A stretch of 64,000 bases of DNA from Lingula anatina (taxonomy: Eukaryota > Animalia > Brachiopoda). The notes under the pieces were generated by a model, which was given only the letters and a program-made list of their open reading frames with translations, searched no databases and was not told where the DNA came from. Below, piece after piece: positions 38,918-51,937 of the stretch; position 1 is the stretch's first letter, and each line of letters opens with the position of its first letter. Where the stretch lies: the NCBI GenBank assembly GCA_051362555.1, contig CM120641.1:14756001-14820000 (forward strand), read 5' to 3'. Position numbers and translations under genes: made by a program.

Positions 38918-41599
38918 ATGCCGACAATATTAAGAGCAAAGTGTATAGTAGTTGGTAAGTATATCTGGCATATATTTAGTTCTCCCTGAATCTAATACCT
39001 GACCATAACAGTATTCGACCGTATCTCAAATATGCTGTGCTTAGTCCCTGATGCAGTGACGAGTGATGTTGTAATTGGAACTTGATCCCAGTGCAACCGT
39101 TCAAATATTTAGCCGCTATCACTATTACTTTTGTTTTTAGCTAATTTATGTTGTTCCATAAGTGAGTGCCCAGTTAATGCGTTTTGTAACAGTAACCATC
39201 GCCAACAACCATTCTTTTTAACTACAGGTGACTCTACTGTTGGCAAGAGCGCTTTAACACAAGTCTTTCACAGTGATGGGACACATTATCCTAAAAATTA
39301 CACACTGGTATGTTTTATTTCTTATATTCTGTGATATCACTAAGTCACAACCTCTCAGAAGTGTGAGTTGGTATATAAATTAAATTAGGCTAGCTTAATA
39401 GTTACTACATAGATACAAAATACATCTTAGAAAAAAAGGGCTCTGAATTTTTTAATGCATAGCTGACGCTTTGATTAGTTATATTTTGTGTGGCCATAAA
39501 TTAATTTTTTCAGTTGAGTGTTTTGTAATCCAGTATATCCTTATTTTTCTTACAGACAGCAGGGGTAGAATTGTTGGTCAAAGCGGTTAACATTCCAGAT
39601 TCTAATGACTGTGTGGTAGGTTGCATTTGTTATATATATTGTAAACAATAGAATTTTTATTACCTCTGTCAGGGAGGTTATGTTTTTGCTTTTGTTGGTT
39701 TATAAGTAAAAAATGTAACTCAAAAAGTTATAGACAGATATTCATAAGCATTTAAAGGTAGATAAGAAATGGGCTCACTTAGAATCAGTTAAATTTGGTG
39801 GTGATCCATGGATTGATTGTTTAATTAATTGACAATAGTCTGCATTCTTTGAGTGCTTTTTTTAGTTTAGGATTGAATTTGCCACTTTCGAAATTAATTC
39901 TTAATATTCAAAAGATGAAAACACATTGTTGGAAATGTTAACTTCTATTAATGCTTCAATATTTTTTTCTAGGAGCTCTATATTTATGATTCTGCAGGGA
40001 AGGAAATATTCTATGAGATTGTACAGAAGCATGTAAGAAATTAGTGATTGCATAAATTTTAAAGAAAATACCGAATCCTGTGATATTTGATCTTGTCATA
40101 TTTAGTTGTAAGGGCATGAAACAAAATTTCATTCTCAAACTAAAAATAACGAAGAACTTCAACAGGACTACTAGTAGTTAACTTATTTGTGTAATTCAGG
40201 TTTAAGCTAATTATCAAGGAAAAACTTATTATTCGAGTCAACATGCAATGAATGTTTAAGTTATTTAATTAAGCATTTCTATTTTAGTGGGACCATCCAT
40301 CAGTTGTAATGTTGGTGTATGATGTCACTAGTGAGACTTCATTTGATAGCTGTGCTAAATGGCTGGAGAGAGTGAGATCTCAAAAACCTGAAATGCAATT
40401 TCCAGGTGGGTACTACATTCTTTACAGTATTATTTCCTACAAGACTACACAATATCATGGGGGAAAGTTTTTGAGATTATGTTTCAGGATTTTCGGTCTT
40501 CAATTTGATAATTTTATTTTTCATATGGTCTTAATGTAGCGAGAAATTGCAAACTACTTTTTGTTTTAATTTTCACTTTTACAGCTTTCACCCGTGCAAT
40601 GTTTTAAATGTTTTTCAACTGTACATGCAAAAGCTACATTTTGAAAAGGTAATTCACCTCGCCAAGAATAATGTCAATTGAAAATGGCAAGAAAGTCTTG
40701 GCACAAAGCTTTTTAAGGACAGTATATAGCAAAATGAAAAAAAAAAACATGTCTGATTTATACACTTTTGACTGACTTTTTTCTCTGCCAAAGCATTTTT
40801 TTTCTCCATAGATTATGAATGATACAAAAAATTGAATGTTATTTTTACCAGATTTAACAGATTAATATTTCAAGTGTTTGAATGCCAAATGGAAAGTGAC
40901 AAATGGAAAATATGTTACATTGTTTTTGTGTAAATCACTCATTTTAAATATGTTACGGGGTATTACCTGTAGATTCCAAACTTTTTAAAAGTTTTACTAT
41001 AATATTTTACTGATGCTAGTTGATGTTTATTATTACATTTTTAGTGGTGTAATTTATGAAAATATTAAATGTTACAGTCAAAAATATTGCATATGTGAAC
41101 AGTTCTTGAAAAATCTCAGATGTTCATTTAATTTGACATTATAATATAGTATTATTAAAAATCATTATTATATCTGCAGGAGTTTTGGTAGCAAATAAGA
41201 TTGACCTGGACCAGAGGAGGGTTATCAGCCCCAAGGCAGGCAAAGATTTTGCACAATCAAATGGACTGGAGTATTTTGAAGTTTCAGCAGTAAGTTTTAT
41301 ATTATACTATTCAGTTATGATTATCATTAACAGAAACCATACTTTAATATATGTGTCGTCAATTTCATGGCAATTTTAATGACAAGTAAATCAATACATA
41401 TGCCTGAAGCAGTTAGGGCTTCATTAAAACTGAAAATCTTTTGCCTTTTGGCTTTCTCTCTTTTCATGCTTTTGATTAATTGACATAATTTTGCTTTCAG
41501 AAAGAGATGCAGCAGGTGGAGGCTCCATTCTATTTCCTGGCTAATGAATTCCACAAAATGTATAAAGAAAGGCTGGAGCAATTTAAGACATTAGCCTGA
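38918..41599 (+). CDS. IFT27: Intraflagellar transport protein 27 (RABL4). Exons approx. 38918-38954, 39229-39307, 39556-39615, 39973-40032, 40288-40405, 41180-41290, 41501-41599
   Basis: MPTILRAKCIVVGDSTVGKSALTQVFHSDGTHYPKNYTLTAGVELLVKAVNIPDS..ELYIYDSAGKE..LVYDVTSE.SF..C.KWLERVR..VLVANKIDL..YFEVSA; Rab-like, no C-terminal prenylation Cys. Confidence 0.95.
39656..39870 (+). mobile_element. Degenerate Helentron-associated (HINE/DINE-like) non-autonomous element in an IFT27 intron
   Basis: TTATTACCTCTGTCAGGGAGGTTATGTTTTT 5' end, AACTCAAAAAGTTATAGACAGAT core, AAATTTGGTGGTGATCC, 3' GTCTGCATTCTTTGAGTGCTTTTTTAGTTT; matches the recalled architecture of this widespread family. Confidence 0.6.
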
Positions 41600-42509
41600 T
41601 GACAAATTGAGAAAATTTCATTACAGATTAATTATATGTGAGCCGTAAATTTTTTTGTCATTATGAAGTGAGGACAAAGTCTGGTTTCAGTTATTGCATT
41701 CTTTTGAATCAATTTATTTTGATTTGTACTTTAAATGTTCAACCTGGCCATAAAGTTTCTGAATATTGTTCAAACATAAAGTGCTTTTAGTTTGTTGAGG
41801 ACATATACACTGGAACTGTATCATGATGCACAATGGACTTTCTCTATACTCAGTATCAATGCCCTGGGATCAGCAGACTTGGGCAAATGGCATACTGCAA
41901 AAGGAAAGTCACTCTATACCTAGACAGTATAATTTGTTGTTAACTTTATGTTGCTGAATGCATTTTTTTTTATCTTAAACTGATCCCGTCCAAGTTTTTA
42001 TACAGAAGTTTTAAGTAGTGCGTGTAATATGAGTATATTAACAATTCCAAAATAAATTATTTTATAACAGTACTGTGTTTTTGTAGTGTACATATGTTGT
42101 TAAGTGAGTTGTGAATCCATGAATTAGTTATAACACATATTTGCACACATTTTTTGACGTTTACTTCCACTTACAATACAATTTGAAATTAGCAGAAATA
42201 TGACTTGATTTTGAAGGTATTAGAATCCACAAAAATGCCAGGAAAATATCTTTAAATGGAATTTTTTAAATTAGTTTTCTGATATCATTTTACATGATTA
42301 TCATAATGTTATCATTATTGTTTTGGCATGTTCAAATAAAGAGGAATTTCCAATGATACTTCTATCCCTCAACATAAGTGGATGTACATTAGAGTCAAAT
42401 TTTCATTATGAAATGTGGACTGGGGAAGTCGGATTTTCATGGGATTAAGATTTTCATGTTAAACTGGTATTGTCAAAAAACTTTTCTTCTGAATTAGCAC
42501 CAGGTAGTC

Positions 42510-43680
42510 TAATTAAAAAAAAAATAATAAGAAAAGTAACACTGACATCCCTTCCATTTTATCTATAACAAAACCCATACAATTTATCAATATCTGAAAT
42601 TATTTACATAATTTATGCTTAAAAGGGGGCATTGCGGCAGTGGATCTGTCAACCAAGGAGACCAAGGAGTAACTCCTTGTGTCAACTGTCTTGGATGCAA
42701 CAGATGGCAGCACCTGCTGGTCTTTAAGAGAAAATACCAAGAAAAGCTTCATTAATACATTTTATAACGCTTTTAATGTGAAATATCATCAAAATGATAC
42801 AGAAACCTACATCTATAAGGTATAGTATTACTCAGGCTTAATGTGTACAAATTGAGCAGTTAAACTTATCATCATAACATATAAAAGAAAGTCTATGCTC
42901 AGTGGTCTTAAATTCTAAATAAAAAAAATAAGAAAAGTAACACTGACATCCCTTCAATTTTATATATGACAAAACCCACACGATTTATCAATATCTGAAA
43001 TTATTTATATAATTTATGTTTAGAAGGGAGCATTGCAGCATTCTTCGTCAACACAGAAATCAATGCCATTTTTGCTAGTGTGTCTTGGATGCAACAGATG
43101 GCAGCACCTGCTGGTCTTTAAGAGAAATTATGAAGAAAAGCTTCATTGATACATTTTATAACGCATTAAATGTGAAATATCATCAAAATGATACAGAGAC
43201 CTACATCTATAAGGTATTACTCAGGCTTAATGCGTACAAATTGAGCAGTCCAATTTATCATCATAACATATGAAAGAAAGTCTGTGCTCAGTGGTCTTAA
43301 ATTCTAAATAAAAAAAATAAGAAAAGTAACACTGACACCCCTTCAATTTTATCTATAACAAAACCCATACGATTAATCAATATCTGAAATTATTTATATA
43401 ATATATTTAGAAGGGAGCACTGCAGCATTCTGCGCCAACACAGAAATCAATGCCATTTTTGCTAGTTTGTCTTGTATGCAACAGATGGCAGCACCTGCTG
43501 GTCTTTAAGATAAAATATCAAGAAAAGCTTCATTGATACATTTTGAAACGCTTTTTTGTGAAATTTCATCAAATTGATATAGAAACCTACATCTATAAGG
43601 TATTAGTCAGACTTAAGGCGTACATACTGAGCAGTCAAACTTATCGCCATAGCACATGAAAGAAAATCTATGCTTGAATT
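42510..43680. repeat. Three tandem copies of a ~390-400 bp unit between IFT27 and IFT70
   Basis: Anchor GAAAAGTAACACTGACA at 42531, 42932 and 43321 (periods 401 and 389); units align along their length. Confidence 0.93.
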
Positions 43681-43829
43681 CAAAATTTAGGACTGTCATC
43701 CTTGCACATGCGCAGATGTATAAATTCTTTGAGAAGTAAATCCGCTGGTTGTGAAGGAAGCTTTCAGAGACAATTATATTCATTTAACCCAATCATTTAA
43801 TTTCAAGTAGAGCAAAACAATCTGTCAAA

Positions 43830-45031
43830 ATGATGGCAGCACTGCAGTTAAAAGAAGGCGAGGCAACAGCGACGGTGTACTCAATGGTAAGCCAGAAATT
43901 TGCAGTGTTTGTTGTTGCAAAATTGGCAATCAGGGATCAGCCATTTGATAGTACTAGTCCTGTTATTTGGTTAATTGCATGTGTTTATGATACTTTATAT
44001 TGTTTAACATTTAAATATTACTTTCAAGGTTTATGAAAGCATAAACAACACACACGCTCGGCTGTCACCTTGATTGGATAGTAAACGGTTGTCGTAAAAT
44101 CGCTAAAAGATATTAAAACCCGGTGCATAAACTTGAAAACCACCTAGGACAACCTTAGACTGCCACATTAATCCAATACAATGCAAAAATAAACTATAAC
44201 AAGTGGTTAAAGCCTTCAAACCGAATGTCGTAAAGTCCCCATATACCTCCATAGAGACAATAAAATATAGTAAGCTTCTGAAACAAGATAAATCCAGTTC
44301 CAACATAATAATCGAAATAAAATACTGCCGGGCATCGGAGCGGCCTAAAACTTGGCACGCTTACCGCTAATACTGCAGGCTACATCATCCCGTCGCTCGT
44401 TTGTAAATTCCGTGCATGGCATACGCACAATCAAACCGTATATCCAAATTCCATCTCTGATGTTTGAATTAGTCCTCTCTACAATCCAATTCAGGAAATG
44501 ACGTAACCGCAGAGGTCGCATTGTCCAATGGCATGGCTTATTTTTCGTAAGCCCGGTGTACGGTGACCTCTGCGGTTACGTCACTTCTTGATTTGAATAG
44601 CGTAGAGGACTAATTCAAACATCAGAGGTGCAATTTGGATATACGGTTTGATTGTGCGTATGCCATGCACGGAATTTACAAACGAGCGACGGGATGATGT
44701 AGCCTGCAGTATTAGCGGTAAGCGTGCCAAGTTTTAGGCCGCTCCGATGCCCGGCAGTATTTTATTTCGATTATTATGTTGGAACTGGATTTATCTTGTT
44801 TCAGAAGCTTACTATATTTTATTGTCTCTATGGAGGTATATGGGGACTTTACGACATTCGGTTTGAAGGCTTTAACCACTTGTTATAGTTTATTTTTGCA
44901 TTGTATTGGATTAATGTGGCAGTCTAAGGTTGTCCTAGGTGGTTTTCAAGTTTATGCACCGGGTTTTAATATCTTTTAGCGATTTTACGACAACCGTTTA
45001 CTATCCAATCAAGGTGACAGCCGAGCGTGAC

Positions 45032-45086
<55 letters not shown>

Positions 45087-45459
45087 GCTTTCATAAACCT
45101 TGAAAGTAATATTTTAATGATAACATATATCAAGCGGTGGCAATATTTTTGAAGAGATGAACACAGCAGCTGGACTGGAGCCTGAATAACCTACAAACAT
45201 GTACCAGTAATTCTAAGTTCTAGAATATATTTTTTATTAAAATTGAAAAATGTTCTATATTTTTACAGATTAAAGATCAAAGATACAATGAAGCAGTCCA
45301 AATTCTTAATGACCAACTCCAAAGAAATGCAAGGGTAAATACCACAACCTCTTGTGCTTTAATTTACATTGCAAACGTGGAATTTACTGAACACTCTAAA
45401 TGTGCTTTGGCTAGTTTGGTGTTCAGCCAAATACCAAAAAATATAAAATGTACTATTGC

Positions 45460-45516
<57 letters not shown>

Positions 45517-48500
45517 CTGGCACTGTGTGTTTGATATATAGTAAGTCTTTTTAGACCTATTATTAGACTTTCAAAGATTTAATTGTCTTGAATAATTCAA
45601 GTTTTTAGTAAAACTTAGCATTCTTAAAATGTTTAATATTTTTTTCTTTTACAATTATTACACATGCTACAGTAGTAAATTTTAAATACACCTTAAAAAT
45701 ACACCTTGCAATATTTCACACCAAGTCTATAATGTTTGAATAGTTTTCATTTTTTCAGATTTGTGATTAAGTTTTGTCAGTAGTAAACTTGTTATTAATA
45801 GGTAAATTTTTGTTTTGAAATATGATTTTTGTAGATGTATTAATGAGAGTTAAATACATGTATTTATTAGATTTTTAGTACCATTGAAACATGTTCTAAG
45901 ATTCTTCCATGCTGTTATTTTCTTGTTTAGTCCAGGGCAGCTCTGTCATTGCTGGGTTACTGTTACTACCAGCAACAGGACTTTGTGAATGCATCAGACT
46001 GCTATGAACAACTGACTATCAATTACCCTGAGGTAGAAGAGTACAAACTGTACTATGCACAGTCCTTGTACAAAGCTTGCCTGTATGCAGAAAGTATGAA
46101 GGTGGCTTGTCAGATAGATAAGCCAGAATATCAGGGTAATGTAAGTATCATCTTTACATGCATATTGTCACTGTATGTTAGACATGTAATAATGTGCAGA
46201 CTTTATGACAAATGTTTGTAGGTAATATAAATGGGAAATATTTTTGATAACTTAATTACTTTTAACTGTATATTCATATTTTTGGCTAAGTTGGCTTTTA
46301 AAATTCAAAAATAATCTACATTTACCTTTTGTTTTACTGAAAATAGCATGTGGATCACTTAATAATCACAGTAATTAATTGTGTCATCTTAACATTTGCA
46401 GATAGTCAAAATGCAAGCTGCCATCAAATATGGTGAGGAAGACTTTCAGGGTGCTAAGGTAAGCATGATATAAAGAACTGTAGCTCAACTTCAACATGCA
46501 AAATGCCAAGTGAATAGAGACATGATTTTTTATGTAGAGCCTAAATTACTGTGTTGTAAGTTGTAATGCAGTGTTTGTTATTGCAGAGCCTTGTAGAACA
46601 ATGTCCTGCCGATGACCCAGATACTGAGATCAACCTCGGATGTCTCTTGTTCAAGGTAAGGCATTTTAAATATTGCATGATGTATTTTAAACAAATGATA
46701 TGATAACATCATGATTCAGTTTGGTTGGGAAGGCATTTTGCCCAAGTGTTCCTTTTCTTTAAAAATTTAAGATAAATAGTTGAAGCAAAGATGGTGCCAA
46801 CTTGACATTCAGGTCATTTATCCCTAATAAGTGATAGATTTTCATTTTTCAGCTATTTGTAAAGCTTTAAGATTGAAAATAAGTGTGCACTTATCAATAA
46901 ATGCTTGTAATCAGTTTTTTGTTTGTTTATATCCACCTTTCCCTTGATAGCAAGCCTTGGATATGTGTAGTGAAGAAATAAACCAGAAAAGAGATGTTTC
47001 CATGTATTTGATATTTATAAAACGACAGCCAAAGTATTTATGAATTATTTAACTTAATATTTTTCAGGAGAATCGTTATGACGAAGCATGTCAGAAGTTC
47101 ATGACAGCCATGCAGGTTGTGGGTTACAAGGCTGACTTGTCGTACAACATAGCCTTGTGTCATTATATGATGAAACAGTATGCACCAGCCCTCAAACATA
47201 TAGCTGATATCATTGAGAAAGGGATCAGAGAGCATCCAGGTTTGTATATGTTATGCTATAGCTAAATATATATATGTGCATGTGTGGGAGCATGCTTGCA
47301 TGTGTAGGTGTGTGTATGTGTGTCAGGGATCAGGTTGGAACTCAGCTGGAGTGTGCATTTCCATTTTAATTATGCTCACAGGGAACCACTTTAAATGATA
47401 TCATCAGTCAGATTTAGTGATTATGGAGTTGCCATTCCAGTAGTTGCCTGCTTCCTTGTTGTGGGTTAGGTTTTAAAATCAGTGTAACATTCAGCAGAAG
47501 ATGGTATTTGGTGTAACATTGCAGTTTATCTTTTTACTGTTATTTCAGAATTGAGTGTTGGGATGACAACAGAAGGGATAGATGTCCGCAGTGTGGGCAA
47601 CACTCTAACTCTTCATGAGACTGCACTCATTGAAGCATTTAACTTGAAGGCAGCCATTGAATACCAACTGAAAAATTGTGAGTCTAATTAGCTTGAAATC
47701 AGGATTAAATGCAGACAAAAACTGCATGCTGCACATGTGCATGGTTAACACTTATTTTAAAAAGAGGAGTCAGAATGTGGGATGATGAATACTTTGAAAA
47801 AATAAGCTCCAAAATGTGGGATGATGAATACTTTGAAAATAATAAGCATCAAAAATTAAAATGGGATGATGTTTTTTCAAGCTTTGAAAACCCCCAAGAT
47901 TCCAAAGTAAAATTATTTTAGAATTGTACAGTGTAAGATTTATTGAAAAGTAAAAGAGAGATTTCACTGTTCACTGTCAATGTGTGCATCTCCAGATGAA
48001 GCGGCCTGTGAAGCTCTGACAGACATGCCTCCTCGCTCTGAAGAAGAACTGGACGCTGCCACCCTTCACAACCAGGCACTCATGAATATGGAGACCAGTC
48101 CAACACAGGGATTTGAAAAATTCCAATTTTTACTCCAGCAAAATCCCTTCCCACCGGAAACATTTGGGAATCTTCTGTTGCTGTATATTAAATATGAGGT
48201 TTGTTTCAAGTTATGTCATTGTCTTGCTATAATACAACTGACCATGTAAGTTTGCCTCATTCTCATATTAAAACCATTAAGTCTTTATGTTTAAGAAAGT
48301 GATAATTATATCTTATTTTGATATTTAAAGGCCAGAACAACCTAGCTTAATAGTAAATTAAAGATTAATTGAACATGAAATCATTTTAGCAACAGCATAT
48401 CACTGTTGCATATTTTTTCTTCCTGTGTAGTACTATGACCTGGCAGCAGATGTCCTGGCAGAAAACATGCATCTAACAGACAAGTACCTCACACCTGTAA

Positions 48501-51486
48501 GAATTTATGCTTTATCTACCTATCTTGGATAATCTTTGTAAAACAAGGGGATGAAAATGTGTGTGGGTGTCTAGGAGGATGGCATGAAAAAAAGAGATGT
48601 TGGAGTCATAGTTTGTTGACTTTTTTGTTTTGACTCAGTTGTTCATGTACCATATTTTTCCATAGTGTGTGTTTGTGTGCATGCGTGTGTGCATGGGTGC
48701 ATGTGTGTGTGTATGTGTACAACAGTTATATATATGTGGATCATTTTATCTTTCAGTACCTGTATCATTTCCTTGAAGCTGTGATAACCAGGCAGACATC
48801 TCCAGAGGAGGCTTACAGGAGACTGGATGAGATGGCCAGCCAGCAGACTGAAATACTGCGAAAATTGACAAAGCAGGTGGGTAGAGTACTTATAGGTTCA
48901 GTTGCTTATACATATGTTTACAAATGTTGTTTTAGTGTATGTGTACTAATTAATACACACACAAGGAAGTTTACGTAACACACACACACACATGTACATG
49001 CGTGATATACAACTCATTCAGACAGGTGAAAGGAAATTACCATTTTTCCTCTGAAGCAAACACGGGCAAGGGAAAAAATGAATTTTTCTCATTCAGGTTT
49101 GGTGCAAACCGTTTTTATAGGAAATACTTTCAACTTTTTACTTTACCTACAGGTTCAAGAGGCACGCCAGAGTCATGATGATGAGGCTGTGAAGAAGTCT
49201 GTCAATGACTATGATGAGGCTTTGGAAAGGTTTGTGTCAATTCATACACAGTGCCAGAAGTAGCAGTTTTATTTTTTATTAATTGTTTTTTTATTTGGAT
49301 TTATGTTAATTAAGTTCATCTTAGTTGAAATCAATTATATATGGGGAAAACTCTCAGTGCTGTTGTTAAACATTCATAATGGAAGATAATTTAAACTTCT
49401 TTAGATACATTCCTATCCTGATGCAACAGGCAAAGATATACTGGGACATGGAAAACTACCAACAAGTGGAAAAAGTTTTCAGGAAATCTGTGGAATTTTG
49501 CAATGAAAATGATGTTTGGAAACTCAATGTGGCACATGTCCTGTTCATGCAAGAAAATAAGTTCAAAGAAGCTACAGGATTTTATGAGCCTATAGTAAAG
49601 AAAAATTATGAAAATGTAAGTCTATAATGAGACTGCTCTAGTTTTAAAATTAATTGAGATTATGTGATTGATTTTTATATACTTATAATATGGTACTTCT
49701 ATTTCTGTAAGAGTTAATGAGCCTGTAGTAAAAAAATATCAATAATTATTTAATAAGTAATACCTTTTTGTTGATGATAACAATTTCTTTTTCTTAAATC
49801 CTACTGAATTGTTTAGTTCTAATTATACTTAAGGATTTCATTGAAATTACTTATATTGATTTTTTCAGATATTAAGTGTCAGTGCAATAGTCCTGGCAAA
49901 CCTCTGTGTTTCATACATTATGACCAGTCAGAATGAAGAGGTAGGTTGATAGTTCAGGAATTTGTAATCTCCATCAATAAATATTCCTGTTGTATATTTT
50001 ATTGTAGCTAATAAACCTCATGCTAATTATATTTTCATTATTGCCTAAATTATGTATATTTTTTCTTGAAAATGGTTAATTTATTTTTATAACAGATGTC
50101 AATATGTCAGTGACAGTGTTTAAATCAGAGTTGTTTAATTGCATTGTGATTACACATACAAAAACTAGCAGGTGAATTGTGTTTCAGTAGCACACATTTT
50201 AAATAGACTATCAAACTATCGTTAATTCTGTATGATGTCAATCTGATAGGCTGAGGAGTTAATGAGGAAGATAGAGAAAGAAGAGGAGCAGGTTGCATAT
50301 GATGACCCAGATAAGAAGATTTACCATCTCTGTATTGTCAACTTAGTCATAGGGTAAGAGGACATAACAGTCATTGTTATATGATGACAGGTTATACGTA
50401 ATTTTGAAATGCCATTTTTATAATTTATGAATTTTTTTGAATTTGAACACATTTTTTGTGGAACATATTCAGTAAAAGAAAATACTTTGAGTTCTTAAAT
50501 TCTTTATTGAAGATTTTTTTCTGGCCTTTGGTTTTTGCTTAAGACTGACAATAATATTTGTAATTGGTAAGACTTTAAGGTGTACGGTAGACTAAAGCAA
50601 ATTATTGTTTAAAGCCTATTAGAAGGGTTTTTTTTTTTTTAGTATTATCTGAAACTTATATTACGATCACCTAACTTGAATGTTTGCAAAACAGAAATAC
50701 AAATCTGGTCTTAAAGAATGTGAAGTCTGCCGTATCGAAAAAAGGTCATTTATTAATCAGTGTATGAAGTCTGTAATTTATTATGTGGCTACACTTCAGA
50801 ACCTTGTACTGTGCCAAAGGAAACTATGAGTTTGGAATCTCCCGTGTGATAAAGAGTCTGGAGCCATACAACAAGAAACTGGGAACAGACACCTGGTTTT
50901 ATGCCAAGAGGTGTTTCCTCTCCATGATTGAGAACATGGCCAAGCACATGATCATGATCAGGGATGGTGTGATACAGGAGTGCATTCAATTCTTGGAGCA
51001 CTGTGAAGGTAAATAAGCTTGCAGCATATTGAGTTTGTGTCTATAAGTATTTTTATACTGTTAAGAAGAATATGTTTGATAATTTTGCACTCCTGTGAAG
51101 GTGTACTTCGGATACATAAGGCATGTGCCAAATGGAGTAATTCTTTGTCTTCAGAAAGTATGCAAAGGAAAATAAAAAGTAAATTTTGCAAGTGGGTGGT
51201 TGTGTGCGAGTTGCACCGAGAAACAATGAAAAGTTAAAGATAGTTCCATGCAATTTTGTGAAAACTTTGAACATGAATGAACGGATTAAGACATCACTTA
51301 TAAATGGCTTTGAGTATTTTTTCATTGTTCATTGAATTCTTTACTGTTTCATTTTTAGTTTATGGGCGGGATGTGAAAACCATTGTGGAGCAACCTCTGG
51401 AAGAAGGCAACCTTCACCCAGGCAAAACCACAGCAACTTACGAGGCGAGGTTATTAAAAGATTTACTCCTTGACCTCATAGAATAA
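43830..51486 (+). CDS. IFT70: Intraflagellar transport protein 70 / TTC30 (fleer/DYF-1), about 16 coding exons
   Basis: MAALQLKEGEATATVYSMIKD, SRAALSLLGYCYY..QDFVNASDCYEQL, ELSVGMTTEGIDVRSVGNTLTLHETALIEAFNLKAAIEYQL, EALTDMPPRSEEELDAATLHNQALMNM, LLQQNPFPPETFGNLLLLY, IYHLCIVNLVIGTLYCAKGNYEFGISRVIKSLEPYNKKLGTDTW. Confidence 0.97.
44053..45029. mobile_element. Long palindromic (foldback/MITE-like) element, copy 2 (977 bp), in the first coding intron of IFT70
   Basis: Same termini as 5853-6787; apparently identical outer arms (the same 67-aa ORF is called on both strands); 8-bp TSD ACAACACA at 44045-44052 and 45030-45037. Confidence 0.96.
45033..45083. repeat. (CA)n microsatellite
   Basis: Direct. 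Confidence 0.9.
45463..45512. repeat. (TA)n microsatellite
   Basis: Direct. Confidence 0.9.
47773..47890. repeat. Short degenerate tandem repeat in an IFT70 intron
   Basis: AATGTGGGATGATGAATACTTTGAAAA twice plus a third degenerate copy. Confidence 0.75.
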
Positions 51487-51937
51487 ACAGAAGGACTATG
51501 ATCTAAAAGTAAAAACAAAATGCAAACATTTTGCCAGTTGAGAGCTATCACTTTGAAATGCCTTGGAGACTCTTTGATTAGTCAATTATTAATTGTCTAA
51601 TGAATATCTGTATATTCATATCAGTATGATAAAAATATATATTTTTCGTTAAAAACTATTAAGTAACACAAAAACACACACACAACTGCACTCCAAAATT
51701 TTGTTTACAACAATTCCAAGACAAGTTAGTTTTCTATTCTATTGTATTGAAGCATCTGGTAACTAACATATAATGATTTTGTCTACAATAATGTAAATAA
51801 TTTTTCTCTTATATTATGTTTTTTAAAATAAAAAGGTGAATTCAAAGTAATTAAAATGAGGTGGCAATGTTTGTTTCATTTGAAAACTGACTTAACTTCA
51901 TTGTAAATACATGTATGTCATTAAATTCAATACTGGG

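Noticed and set aside
42510-43680. CRISPR-like or spacer-containing array
   Set aside because: Units are homologous along their full length with no unique spacers; eukaryotic context, no cas genes.
44103-44979. Identical 67-aa ORF on both strands
   Set aside because: By-product of the perfect palindrome; no recognisable motif, and not reported intact in copy 1.
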